Source: Octopus sinensis (Eukaryota). From it: a DNA stretch of 64,000 bases. Shown piece after piece: positions 10,811 to 23,622 of the stretch (the first letter of the stretch is position 1; each line of letters opens with the position of its first letter). Location: assembly GCF_006345805.1 (NCBI RefSeq), contig NC_043013.1, positions 14,756,001 through 14,820,000 on the forward strand, read 5' to 3'. A program made the translations under genes and the position numbers. The notes under the pieces were generated by a model. The model had not been told where the DNA came from. It saw only the letters and a list, made by a program, of their open reading frames with translations, and did not search any database.

Positions 10811-13092
10811 TATTTGTTTCAACACGCGATTTCACATCAAGAATCTTGCAAAACAAATATATAAACGTAACAACTTGTTTATTGTTTTTGACTTAAGACA
10901 GGCAACTTGTCTATTGTTTTTGAAATATTTCAAGCAACCTATTTGTCATTTTCAACATATAACAAACAATTTCTCTATTTTGTCTTCAACATATATCAAA
11001 ACAATGAACAAATTGCTTTAAATATGACTCAGTGAACAAGTTCTTTGAAATATTTCAGGCATCCTATTTGTCATTTTTGAGATATAACAAGCAAGTTGGT
11101 CATCATTTTCCCCATATAGCAAGCAATTTTCTCATTGTTTTTGACGTATTCCAAGCAACCTGTTCATCATTTTCAACATTTCAAGCAACGTGTTTGTCAT
11201 TTTCAATATATAACAAACAATATATAACAAACAAATATATAACATTATTAAAGCAGTGATACACAACTTTTTTTCCAAATGTAGTCCACAAAATTCATGA
11301 GGAAATCTTCATAACCACTTTCTTCCTTTTTTTCAATATTTACATCTACATTAATTGATTTGATCTCTGATCATTAATCATGTATCTTATTCCTGGACAT
11401 TTATGTTAGTAATTAACTGAATTTGAACTAGCAACTTTTATTTCTAAAGCTAGGTTAATAACTTTTACCCATTGTCCATGTAGTGGCATAGTGGGTATGT
11501 GTGTTATCCCTAGTTTAGAAATAAAGATTCCTAATTCTATTCCATCTTCATACTATTTACATATCCAAGAACAGGACACCTTATAGTAATTGAAGATAAA
11601 GCCAAAATATAGTGTCAATGTATCTACTGAAAAACAAATCTCCAAAAACCAGGCTAATTAACCTAGAATATTTATTGTCTTAATTAATGATTGACCTCAG
11701 ATATTTTACTTGTTTATTTGAATTTCTTTAATTAAATTTTCTCTTTGTAAATTCATTAAGAAATTGTTTTGATTTAAAAGAAAATTAAATTTATGTATAA
11801 TTAATTTCTTTTTATCCTAATTTAGATATAAAATATCTAAATATCATGCACAAACTTACATACAATACAGGTATACATATGCACATACACATACACGCAC
11901 ACACACACACACACACCTATATCATCATCATCATCATCATCGTTTAACGTCCGTTTTCCATGCTAGCATGGGTTGGACGGTTCGACCCAGGTCTGGGAAG
12001 CCAGAAGGCTGCACCAGGCTCCAGTCTGATCTGGCAGTGTTTCTACAGCTGGATGCCCTTCCTAACGCCAACCACTCCGTAAGTGTAGTGGGTGCTTTTT
12101 ACGTGCCAGGCGAAGCTGGCAACGGCCACGATCAGTTGGTGCTTTTTACGTGCCACCAAGAGTAAACATATAAAGACAAGGTAATACAGTTCTCTGCTAG
12201 ACACACCCCTCTTCCTGCCTGAAGATTTTGGGCAATACCATTGTTGTCATGGTAATTTGATATTGCCCAGGCACTCTTTCAATCTTAATACTCACTTTTG
12301 TTAAGTGGGTGTACATCATTGTTATCATTATCATCATTTCACATGTTTTCCATGCTGTCTGTTCGACCATGGGTTTTACAGCTAGATGCCCTTCCTAATA
12401 CCAAGTGCCTTACCAAGTGGACTGATTTCTTTTTACATGGCACCAGCACCAGCAAGATGTACTTTGGCATGGTTTTTATGGCTGGATGCCCTTCCTTAAT
12501 GCAAACTACTTTACAGTGTGGACTAGATGCTTTTTACGTGACACCAATAATATATATGAAGAACGAGAGAGAGAGTGGAGGATACAAAATGCTTCCTGGA
12601 TAGAGAATTGAACCTACAACCTTATGATTGAGAGCTTTGCTGCCTAACTTCTAGGTCATACACTTATCTTTATTACCCTCTTATTCTCTCACTTCTTTTC
12701 CTCCTCTCTCTCTCTCTCTAAATATATATACATACATGCATACACACATCTAGGCATATTTATATACATGTCCATACATACATAGTTTCATATGCAAGCC
12801 ACACATGTCCCTGCCCATATTCATACAGACACACACATACAACTTTATATACATATACACATAGTTCCATATTACAACACATTCATATATCTCTACATAT
12901 TCATACTCACACACACACATACACAACTTTATATACATATACACATAGTTCCATACTACAACACATTCATATCTCTATTCCATATTACAACACATACATA
13001 TATCTCTACATATTCATACACACGCATGCACACACATGTAAAGTTTCTCTGTACTGATGGCAATTGTGTATCTTTGCTTGTTGTCATTTCAG

Positions 13093-13159
13093 ACCAGCAA
13101 CACCTGTGTATCATTTAAAGTTTTCACCTGACAGTCTCCTGTTTGCATCTGTTGGAAAA
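13093..13159 (+). CDS. DMXL2: DMXL exon: PATPVYHLKFSPDSLLFASVGK
   Basis: ttcag|A...AAA|gtaagt; 67 nt, phase 2 to 0. Confidence 0.93.
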
Positions 13160-14190
13160 GTAAGTTTCACGATCTCTACTGAATTTGCAATTCATTTGAT
13201 GTCTGTTCTGTCGTGTAGAAAACTTAGTCATGGAACCGTAGTAAATAAATATTTATCTACCACAATCACACCATCACTCCTCCTCTTCTCTCCCTAGAAT
13301 CACATTCCCACCTGGCCCCTATGCCAACCTCCCTTTTCTCAACTAGTTTTTCTCATTCCTTTATATTTCTCATTAAGTTATCAAAGCATTTTCTTCTTTT
13401 GTTTTTAACCCCCCCCCCCCACACACACATACAACCAAACACCCACCCACCACACACACACATTTAGGGAATAGAGCAGGTAAAATCCAAGCTACGTATG
13501 TTTCCTAGCTAAGCAGAATCTCAGAAATAGTAATTAATTAACAAGGGATACTTCACTAGCTACTCATCAGCCAAAATATACCACTAGCAATGCACCCCAG
13601 CATTACCCAGGTGTTATGACCTACAACCCCATATTATTTGTTCCTTTCTTATGGCCAGAATTGGCACACGAGGGGTATGAAGCAAACAACTCTTCTTTAT
13701 AAACATGTTTTCAGTCACTTCCTGATGAACAATGCTGCAGTTTCCATATACCAAATTCAGTCACAAGTCTGTGGTTGGCCTAGGGTTATAGTAGAAAACA
13801 TTTTCCCAAAGTACCACACAGTGGGATTGAACATGGGACCATATGGTTGGGAAGTTTGCTTCCCAACCACACAGTCATTCTTGCACCTAATATGTGTGTG
13901 TGTTACATTTGTTGTTAAATCGAGTATTGCGTCCCACTGTCTCAGAGTTAGCAGTTCATCAGGCAGAAATCTATAAAATAAATATCAGATTGAAATACAT
14001 ACTGAGGTCAGTATGATCAATTAAAATTTTGAAGGTAATACCCTCACCATAGCGACAGTCGCAAGACTAAACCCAATAAAATAATGTTTAAAGACTTAGT
14101 GGCTTCAAATCTAAGGTAATGGATTTCTAACCGCTAGATAATGACTTCAAAACTTTGTATTGAACTTCCACTCTATACTATAACACTATA

Positions 14191-14580
14191 CTAGCAGTAT
14201 AGCCCGGCGTTGCTTGGGTTTGTTTTGACCCTTTAGAATTGGAATTTTTGAAAAGTAAAAAATTTGCATTATGTAGCTTGTTATTCTCTTTAAGTGAACA
14301 TTTTTCTGGTTGAAATATACCAAAAAATGGCAACACAGCAGTAAAAAAGATCGTAAAAAATAGGGATTTTCATAGAAAAAAAAGCACCTTTTTGATATAA
14401 ATGATTTTTGGTGTTAACATGGTCCAATTTGAATTTTTTCTTCTACGGAAGGAAGAACAAGCCTTCTTCTATCATACTCTCAATTTTTGTCAACTTGCGC
14501 CGCAGGGTCTTGGAGGAGATAGTGTTAGCTGAAGGCTACCAAACCTGCCATACACAGACAACTTCAGCTTTATATATATA
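14191..14580 (-). mobile_element. Non-autonomous Helitron-like element (second family)
   Basis: Plus strand A|CTAGCAGTATAGCCCGGCGTTGCTTGGG (3' hairpin and CTAG); TA-rich 5' end; inverted partial copy at ~31575-31719. Confidence 0.7.
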
Positions 14581-15335
14581 TTATAATTATAATAAGAGAT
14601 ATAACGATGTACATCTCAGTCTACTTGACTTCCAACAATTAACAATTGTAATTTGAAGTTGAATGGTTAACAGTAAGAAAGACATCCAGATTTCTTTAAA
14701 AAATTATTGTGCAAAATATTCAGAGAAAAAGTATTTTCACCACAACAAAGCACATACGCATGCACACACACACACACATATACATACAGGTGTCTCTGTG
14801 GTAACTTGAGTTACTACAAATAGCAGCCAAATCTTTCTTAAAACACAGCCTTTCATCAAAAGAAAGACAGATTTACATTAAGAGAAAAAAGACACAGACT
14901 ACAGTAAGAAAACAAAATGCGATGGGTTTGCTACATCAAAGGCAACTCTGGGCCAAACAAAACACAAACATACTTTACATTAAAACATTATTTTCTAAAT
15001 AATACTAATGAAATTGATGGTATATCTTCAGTTTCATTTCCTAGTAAAACTCTGACATAGATTGTTCAGGCAGAGTTGCCTCCCCTAGCTAAAGACCTCA
15101 AAATTGTGTGATTCAACCTCATTTTTGAGGTTATTTTTGTAGTAAAAAGGAGTTGTTGTGCAAAAAACATACTTTATTTGGTCGCCAAAAGATTACTGAA
15201 TCTTTTGATACCTCATACGTCAAAATCAGTAAGTCAGTTTTCAAATCCATAAGGAACATTCGTACACACACACAAGCTCTGTATATATATATATATATAT
15301 AGTAATTGCTGGTTATATTCTTTATTCATTTTCAG

Positions 15336-15375
15336 AATGATAGAGTTGTGAAAATTTGGTATGAAGATCGAAAAG
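15336..15375 (+). CDS. DMXL2: DMXL exon: NDRVVKIWYEDRK
   Basis: ttttcag|AAT...AAAG|gtaatt; 40 nt, phase 0 to 1; needed for the phase chain; resembles DDCLLKVWY. Confidence 0.88.
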
Positions 15376-15566
15376 GTAATTCTTTTGTTTTTCCATATTA
15401 GTAGATTATTAAACCAGATAATCTTGCTTCTTCTTTTTTACCAATTTCAAGTCATTAGACTCAATTAAACTGTACTGTCTCAGCTCATTTAGTCAGTTAT
15501 GTTGACCCTTTGACCCCCAATATTTTGTCTGGTAACTTATTTTATCTTCCTGTGAGGAAATAATGT

Positions 15567-15780
15567 GGAGGCACATGGCCTAGGGTTTGGGCAGCAGACT
15601 CGCGGTCGAGGGATCGCGGGTTTGAAACAAAGACCGAGCAATGTATGTGTTTATGAGCAAAACACCTAAGCTCCACATGGCTCCGGCAGAAGGTAATGAC
15701 GAACTTTTGCTGACTCTTTCACCACAACTTTCTCTCACTCTTTCCTCCTGCATCTTGCAGCTTACCTGTGACGGACTGGC
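15567..15780 (+). mobile_element. tRNA-head SINE (family of 39750-40124), diverged
   Basis: GGAGGCACATGGCCTAG head and AAACACCTAAGCTCCAC block. Confidence 0.7.
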
Positions 15781-16224
15781 AAAATAATAAAATGGGAATC
15801 CACAGTGGTATTTCAAGGGTCTGTAAAAATAATTTAGTTTTAGATGTATTTATTTCAAGAAACAGCTAAGTTTCTTTCTCTAACGTTTTACATAGTTTGA
15901 CTCCTCCAAGGTTGACAAAATAAAGTGGATAAATAAACCCCTTAGGGGTTTGATGTGATAAGCTAATCCTCTCCCACCAAATTGTTGGTCTTGTGCCAAA
16001 ATTTGAAAGTATGATAAGGTGGGAAACTGGTAGAATCATTAGCACACTGAACAAAATGCTTACTGGCATTTCTTTTAGCTTTATGTCCTGAGTTCAGATT
16101 CTGCTAGGGGTCAATAAAATAAAGTATCAGTCAAGCACTGGTGTTGATATAATTAAGTAGCCCCCTCCCCCAAAATTTCAGGTGTTGTGCCTATAGTAAG
16201 AAGGATTGTTTATTATTATTATTA

Positions 16225-16260
<36 letters not shown>

Positions 16261-16517
16261 TTTACTTCTCAGAGTGCTCAATCTTACTTGCTCTGGTTAA
16301 TTTTGTGCAAGCAGACAGCATCTTATTGTCAAAGGTCTCACAGGGTCTCTTTACACAAATTATGTCTTGGTACTTAACTGTTAAGTTTCATGGAAAATAC
16401 TCAATACCCAAAAATCAATCTCAAACTTGTAGCTGTTCCCAATAAAGCAGTTTTTTGGGTATGTTCTGCCCTCTTCACGAACTTGGTTGCTAGTGTTCCG
16501 AGTGTCCCCACATAGTG

Positions 16518-16549
<32 letters not shown>

Positions 16550-17076
16550 TACTACACTATGTACAACAATTTTTGTCCTTGGACAGGAGCTGTTATTTCC
16601 TATTTGCTTACCCCTAGAAAGTATGAAACATGGTTAATATATCCTTCATACTTTGCTTTTCTTAGATTTATTCAAACCATAAAGAATCCTTCTCAACACA
16701 TGGCTAAAATGCTTTCCCACTGCACCTGCTCATCATCAGAGATGCATATATTGTCAGCCACTAAAGGACAAGCTCAAGTAGTGAAGGTCAAGTGACTGAC
16801 ATGCAAATCTGTAGTACTGAGCAGAATATTTGCTATAACAATATTTCTGCTTCAGCATCTCAGCGCTGAATCTATCTGAAATGTTATGGAAAATAGGTCA
16901 ATTTCATAACATTGGTGTCTCCAGTCACAAAAGTTTGAAGGAAATAGTAGTCATTTCCTTTGATTTCTAGATAGAAGTAAATAGGAAATATCATTTACTG
17001 ACCAAAGACAAAAAGAAAAGAAAATTTGTGTTACACAGTGTTACTATTACTACTACTACTGTTTGTTTGTTTCTAG

Positions 17077-17212
17077 TGTTGCTGCCTCTCTCACGACAAG
17101 AAGGCCATCCAAGCCCTCGCAAAGAAGAATTACATTACTCTTTTGTGTACATATGCCATCCACGAGCTGTGACAGGTTTTTCATGGAGAAAGACAAGTAG
17201 ATATATGCCCAG
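17077..17212 (+). CDS. DMXL2: DMXL exon: ...YSFVYICHPRAVTGFSWRKTSRYMPR
   Basis: ttctag|TG...CCCAG|gtaaaa; 136 nt, phase 1 to 2. Confidence 0.95.
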
Positions 17213-17672
17213 GTAAAAGAAAAAATTATCAAAATTGTATCCACTTCCAGAAATATGCTTTTTTTTTAACACGTCTTTCAAATACTGACCTGTCCCCCTT
17301 CTACATGTCTTTTGGGTGTCTACTGAAGTTTCATAAATAATTATTATTAAGATTTTTAAAAAATAATTTGTCTGATAATTATGTAAAATATTGAAGAAAA
17401 TGTTTAAAAAAACTTAAGTATTTTGAAAAAATTTTAAATACAGTACATATAAAATTTTAATTTTTGTATTATTTTCTAAAAACTATGTGTATATGTCTGC
17501 ATGTATATATATAGACATACACATATACAGAATTATATATGTATTGTTGAAAATATTTAGAAATAGTTGTGTATCTCTCAAGTATCTTGAAGAATTTCAA
17601 ATAGAATTTATATAAAATTTTTAAATTTTTGTAATTATTTTCTAAAAAAAATATGTTCATATATTTTTGTAG

Positions 17673-17858
17673 AGGGGCAGTTGCTAACATGTTAGTGACT
17701 TCTTGTAAAGATAATGTTTGTCGGATTTGGTGTGAAACCATTCTGCCAGACGATGGCCTGGTTGATCTAGACCAGTTTGATCCTGTGGCCACACAGGACC
17801 CAAGATATCATACTCGCAGACACAAGAAGCGCTTCATGCAGAGATTAAAGACAATCCG
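17673..17858 (+). CDS. DMXL2: DMXL exon: GAVANMLVTSCKDNVCRIWCETILP...
   Basis: ttttgtag|A...ATCCG|gtaagt; 186 nt, phase 2 to 2. Confidence 0.95.
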
Positions 17859-18300
17859 GTAAGTAGTTCCCAGGTCTATCTTCCTAAGAGTTCTTTCATA
17901 GCAATAATAATAATAATCCGTTCTACTATAGGCACAAGGCCTGAAATTTGGGGGGAAGTACGACTTAATTACATTGACCCCAGACTAGTTTATTATGCTA
18001 CAGATGAGCTAGCAGAATTGTTAGCATGCTGGGTGTGATGCTTAGTGGTATTTCGTCTGTTTTTATGTTCTGAGTTCAAATTCTGCCAAGGTCGTCTTTG
18101 CCCTTCATCCTTTCGGGTGTCGATGAATTAAGTACCAGTTTCGTACTGGGGTTGATCTAATCGACTGGCCCCCTCCCTCAAAATTTCAGGCTTTGTGTCT
18201 ATAGTAGCAAGGATTATTATTATTATTATTATCACTACTACTACTACTACCTCTACTACTACTACTACTATTATTATTATTATTATGTTACCATTATTAG

Positions 18301-18476
18301 ACATGCCATCAACAAGAGGAAGAAGCAACAGAAATATGGCCCAGAAACGGTAATGACTTCAACACAACTGATTGGTACTCAGAGTGTTCATGACTTTCAC
18401 AAGTTTGGTATCCACCACAATGGAATTGCTCCGGCATTTCATTTCCACTTGGCTGGAAGTGTCAATCCAAAAACTG
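18301..18476 (+). CDS. DMXL2: DMXL exon: HAINKRKK...FHFHLAGSVNPKT
   Basis: attag|A...ACTG|gtaaga; 176 nt, phase 2 to 1; resembles HFHIAASINPATD. Confidence 0.9.
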
Positions 18477-19140
18477 GTAAGAAAAATACAAAAAATTCTT
18501 TGTATCCTCTTTAGATTTTTTTTTCTTTTTAGGTTAGATGAAATATATTTGTAACATACTTTAAATTCTAAAGGCAGATTCACTGCAGTTATTATAGAGG
18601 AAAAATTCTCCCTTGTGGTAAAAGGTATAGAAACACCATATCTGCCCAGTGCTTCACCCTAGTGGATTCTCTGATGTACGTTTCAGGCTCTTTAGCCTTC
18701 CTCAATGGGAAATACCAAAGGGAGATAAGACTGGATAGATTCAAAATTGTAGCTTTAACTAAAAAACAGTCAACTTCAGTGACTGAGTTGTGCTAGTCAG
18801 AATAAAAATAGCAGCATCTGCACCAAGCAGTGTTTAGGAATATATGAACTTTAAGTTAGTCCAAAAGTGTTTGTGACTTTCTTTTCCTTCTTTTTTTATG
18901 TTGATGTTTCTTCTTGAATCAATGAATTGTTTAATTCTTTGGCATCATTCCAAAAACGATACCAAAGGACTATATATTATCATCATCGTCGTCCATGTTC
19001 CCTGCTAGCATGGGTTGAACAGTTTGGCAGGATCCGAAGGGTCCAAGGACTATATCATACTCCATTGTCTGTTCTGGCATGGTTTCTATGGCTGGATGCC
19101 CTTCCTAATACCAACTACTTTACAGTATGTATTGTTGTTG

Positions 19141-19330
19141 GCTGATCTGGAACCCAACCTAGGCCCCCATATCTACGGTGTTCGCCGCTAGAATAAGGAG
19201 TGGTTGGAGATCACGCGGTCGTTAGCCTCAAATTGCCAGGTCTGGTCCGCATTTGTGAGAGATGCAGCATTGAGGATGAATGAAGTCAGCTCAACCCACC
19301 CCAGGTGAATGCCGTCTCAAGACAAGACAA
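19141..19330 (+). mobile_element. RTE-like LINE 3' end fragment
   Basis: Highly similar to 27120-27295. Confidence 0.8.
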
Positions 19331-19960
19331 GAAGTTTGTACTGGGTGCCTTTTATGTGTCACCAGCATTAGTGATATTGCCATGCGGCTTTTAAGAATAC
19401 AAAACTCCAGGTAGGAATGTGGACAGCAGTTATGCTTGGGGGTTATAGAATATGGGAGGAGGGGAGAAGAACAGGGGAGACAAAGAGGTTCTTGTAGAGG
19501 TGCTACATGGTTATTCAGCTTTAGGTGAGAGAATGAAGATGATCAGTAGGAGCTGCAAAATTTAAGGTCTCCTCGAGGTTTGCAGTAAGCAGAAGTATGT
19601 CAGGACAGTGGAAGTAGGAGTGTGGGTGAGTAGGGGTTTGCAAGAGTGTACAAAGGAGCAGGAGAGATGGGGTAGGCAGAATGGGTGGATTTAGGGTGTG
19701 ATGAATGACCAATAATGCATGATTTGGGGAAGGTATGGGGGTGTAGAAGAGAGTTGAGGAAAGCCGCAGAGAGGACAAGAGGGAGATGACGTGGCTGGTT
19801 AGACAGGAGGATGGGACTGAGAGAGACTAGCATAGTGCGGAGGGGAGCCACAGTGAGGGTGGATGGGAGGATGGAGGTTTAGAGGAGACTGGGTGAGGTT
19901 CCCCATTTGTGCATATACATACACATATTTTCTTGATTTTTCTTTGAACCTTTTCAAAAG

Positions 19961-20067
19961 TCCTTATATTTACGAAGGGGAGACAAGCACCCCCAACAGC
20001 TAGGCCTGCATTCTAGATGCAGGCCTAGCTGTTGGGGGTGCTTGTCTCCCCTTCGTAAATATAAGGA
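19961..20067. repeat. Perfect inverted repeat, 51-bp arms, 5-nt loop
   Basis: 19961-20011 is the exact reverse complement of 20017-20067. Confidence 0.97.
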
Positions 20068-20292
20068 TACCGGAAATGTGTCAAAGCCAACAGGAAGTGT
20101 CGATGCTTCCTAGGGCTAAATAGCGGTGGTGTGATTCCCTTTACGGTACTTTCATGTTAAGTTGACAGTATACAACCGCTCTATCGTTCCACCACCGCTC
20201 ATATCTCTCTGAGATATTTAGAAATTTAATATTTATAACTTTTCAAAAGTTTCTCTGATAATTAATCCATCCCCTCTCTCTCTCTCTTGCAG

Positions 20293-20562
20293 ATATTCCC
20301 CTGTTACCAACTACGGGGAACTCAAACGATCAGTTGTTCCACTTTCAACTGAACTGGTTGAACAACAAAGAACTTCAGTTCACAACGGAGGCAGAGAAGA
20401 TTCTCCAAGAGATGCACAAACACACAAGCCTCAATGACGGTGGCATGGAACTGAATTCCTGGATCAGCGACACAGCAGGTTCACAACAACGGAATGGTGC
20501 AACTGAGGAACATAACGACACAGACCCTGATACTGGATCTCAACCGGATGAAACGTCTGCTG
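20293..20562 (+). CDS. DMXL2: DMXL exon: DIPLLP...LNWLNNKELQFT...
   Basis: cttgcag|AT...GCTG|gtaatt; 270 nt, phase 1 to 1. Confidence 0.93.
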
Positions 20563-20878
20563 GTAATTTAAAGACATTTACGATGTTAAAGCGTGACTGT
20601 TTGACATAAAATACTCAACTTTCCCACAAATCGTCTCCATTCTTTATACTATGAAACTCAATTGGACATCTGTCCCTGTTGTACACCCCATTTTGATTTT
20701 TTTATTTCCCTTATCATTGGAGCCTGGTGCAGCCATCTGGTTCGCCAACCCTCAGTTAAAATCGTCCAACCCATGCTAGCATGGAAAGCGGACATTAAAC
20801 GATGATGTTGATCATCATCATCATCTTTTAATAACTGTTTTCCAGGCTGGCATTGCTTGGACGGTATGAGCAGAGCTA

Positions 20879-21110
20879 GGGCGGCGAGCTGGCAGAATCG
20901 TTAGCACGTCAGACAGAATGCTTAGCGGTATTTCATCTGCCGCTACGTTCTGAGTTCAAATTCCGCCTAAGTCAACTTTGCCTTTCATCTTTTCGGAGTC
21001 GATAAATTAAGTACCAGTTATGCACTGGGGTCGATGTAATCGACTTAATCCGTTTGTCTGTCCTTGTTTGTCCTCTCTGTGTTTAGCCCCTTGTGGGTAG
21101 TAAAGAAATA
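20879..21110 (+). mobile_element. SINE family 1, tailless subfamily, 15-bp TSD
   Basis: GGCGGCGAGCTGGCAGAATCGTTAGC...GTAAAGAAATA; TSD GGTATGA(G/C)CA(G/A)AGCT at 20863-20877 and 21111-21125. Confidence 0.85.
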
Positions 21111-21798
21111 GGTATGACCAAAGCTGAAGAGCTGCACTAGGCTCCCATCTGATTTGGCTTGATTTCTACAGCCGGATGCCCTCCCTAGCATCAACCTCTT
21201 TACTGTGTATGCTGGGTGCATCAGCACAGGGTGCTTTGCAGGCCAATCCCCTTCACCTTCTCTCTCCCTTTTGTCTTATTCTGCTCACTGGACTGCAGCC
21301 ATGCTGGGGCACCATCTCGACAGGTTCTGTTGCTCTAATTGATGCCAGTACTTATTATTTTCTTTTTTAAGTGTGGTACTTATTCTATCAGTATTAGCTG
21401 AGCTGCTAAGTCATGGGAACATAAACAAACCAACACTGGTTGTCAAGTGGAGGAGAGACAAATTCACACACACACACTTGACAGGCTTTTTACACAGCCT
21501 TCGTCTATCAAATTAACTCAAAAGGCATTGGTTGGCCAGGGTCTGCCATAGAAGATACTTGCCTGAGTTGTGCAGTGGGATTGAACCCGAAACCACATGG
21601 TTACAAAATGAACTGCTTAACCACACAGTCATATATATATGTATATAGTTCAACACATAAAATTGGTCAATCGACTTCACAGCTGCTTGCTTAACTAGGC
21701 CCCTTGTGTATGTGTGAGTGTGTGTGTCTGTGTATGTGTCTGTGTGTGTGTGTGTAGAGCCAAATGCAAAGACATTAATCTGATTGTTATATATACAG

Positions 21799-21944
21799 GT
21801 ACAAACCCAAGGAAGAAGAAAGCCACTAAACTATTCCGTCGTAAACACAAACAGGCCAGCAGAAGTGTTGACAGCGGTTCTGATACTTTGAGCAACTTTA
21901 GCTCTGATTATCTGGATTCTAACGATGCCGCTGTTAATGAATAT
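21799..21944 (+). CDS. DMXL2: DMXL exon: GTNPRKKKATKLFRRKHK...AAVNEY
   Basis: atacag|GT...TAT|gtgagt; 146 nt, phase 1 to 0; required to bridge phases; low conservation. Confidence 0.82.
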
Positions 21945-21974
21945 GTGAGTCAACTAACTTTCCTTATCACTCCA

Positions 21975-22660
21975 CTTGTCTTAGCCTTGTATAACCACTT
22001 GCATTATCCTTGTATAGCCATTTATGTTACCCTTTTGTAACCATTCATGTTACCCCTGTATAATCACTTCTGTTGTCCCTGTATAACCATTTGTGCTAAC
22101 CCAGTATAAGCGTGTGTTAACCCTGTATAACCACTTGTGTCAACCTTGTATATTTACTTGTGTCAGTCTTGCTTAACCATTCATGTTAACCCTATAAAAC
22201 AACTGATGTTAGCCCTGTATAACTACTTATGTTAGCCCAGTGTAACTACTCATGTTAGCCCAATGTAACTACTCATATTAGCCCTGTATAACTACTCATG
22301 TTAGCCCTGTATAACTACTCATGTTAGCCCTGTATAATTACTCATGTTAGCCCTGAATAGCTACTTATGTTGGCCATGTATAACCACTCATTTTTACCCT
22401 GTATATCCACTACTGTTACCTTGTTATTTATGTATAACCACTAGAGTTAATCCATTATTATTATTCATGCTAGTCCTGTATTACTATTTCTATTAACTCT
22501 GTACAACCACTCATATTAGCCCTTTACAACCACCCTGATTAGCCCTCTAAAATTACCCATGTTAACTTTGTATAATCACTCTAGATAGACTTTTATAACC
22601 ATTCCTTTTGAATATACATAACCATTGATGTTAGCCCTGTTTAACCTCTCGTGCTTGTTA
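21975..22660. repeat. 23-bp minisatellite (TTAGCCCTGTATAACTACTCATG)
   Basis: Homogeneous core ~22190-22400 with degenerate flanks. Confidence 0.92.
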
Positions 22661-22736
22661 GCCTACATAATAGTTTTTGTCATCTCATGTTGTTTATTTC
22701 CATTCATTGATAAAAAAACTTCTTCTTCATCTGCAG

Positions 22737-22849
22737 GGAGCCCTGACCGACATTGTTGATCGTAAAATTGAGAATTTACTGCGAGACTGGCATCAAAGTC
22801 CTGACATGTTGTTTAGTGTCCATCCACAAGATGGAAGTTTTCTTGTTTG
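22737..22849 (+). CDS. DMXL2: DMXL exon: GALTDIVDRKIENLLRDWHQSPDMLFSVHPQDGSFLVW
   Basis: ctgcag|GGA...TG|gtcagt; 113 nt, phase 0 to 2. Confidence 0.95.
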
Positions 22850-22909
22850 GTCAGTGGAGGGATTTTTGTGCTTTGCTTTTTCAACTTTTACATGATGTTT
22901 TTTTTTTTC

Positions 22910-23215
22910 ATCTACCACCACCACTACTGCCACCCACACTGCAACTGTCACCACTGCCACTACCACTAGAATATCTGCACTTTACCACCACCACCAGTGA
23001 ACTATCCCCATGCCACTGCCACTACCAAAACCATTACTGCACAACCATCATTACACACCACCACAACCAACACAACTGCCACCACTATCACCTCACCACC
23101 ATCACCACTATCTAATATGCCTAATCATCATGACCACCATCAATACTTTTCTGCACCTATCACCACCGCCACCATCACTACTACCTAACATATGCAATCA
23201 CCACTCCCACCATTC
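22910..23215. repeat. (CAC/CAT)n low-complexity tract
   Basis: Degenerate CCA/CAC triplets. Confidence 0.85.
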
Positions 23216-23351
23216 CCACCATACTCTGCCACTTGGTACAGTCTCAGACTTGTTCTTCAAATGATTTAGGCTCAAGTCCAGTGGCTTTCAGTGGTTGTTT
23301 TGACCAGGTCCTTGTGTAAGATGATTGCATTTTGAACAGACCTGGGGATTA

Positions 23352-23459
23352 ATGTAACTACTCATGTTAGCCCAGTGTAACTACTCGTGTTAGCCCTGTA
23401 TAACTACTCATGTTAGCCCGGTGTAACTATTTATGTTAGCCCTGTATAACTACTCATGT
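23352..23459. repeat. Second array of the same 23-bp minisatellite (~4.7 units)
   Basis: Same unit variants as 22227-22330. Confidence 0.9.
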
Positions 23460-23622
23460 AGAATGCTAATGGTGTAGAATGCTGGAAGTTTGCATGAGAA
23501 ATTGACGGGTTTGAGTTTGAGTTCAAACCATAATAGAGATATGTTTATATTTAGGAGTAGAACACCTGAAAATTGATGACCACTATGCTGATCCCAATGT
23601 TTTGCTTTATTTCTCTGTGCAG

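Noticed and set aside
18350-18355. Internal GTAATG as an alternative donor in exon 18301
   Set aside because: Phase 0 is incompatible with the next acceptor, and it would remove the conserved HFH.A.S.NP motif.
19440-19900. G/A-rich tract with minus-strand Pro/Leu-rich ORFs
   Set aside because: Compositional bias adjoining repeat remnants; no domain signal.
20068-20100. ETS-like motifs (CCGGAAAT, CAGGAAGT) as an internal promoter
   Set aside because: Short motifs alone are insufficient, and there is no other promoter evidence.
21757-21798. Upstream alternative acceptor (tgtag) extending exon 21799
   Set aside because: Wrong phase relative to the phase-1 donor; gives a stop.
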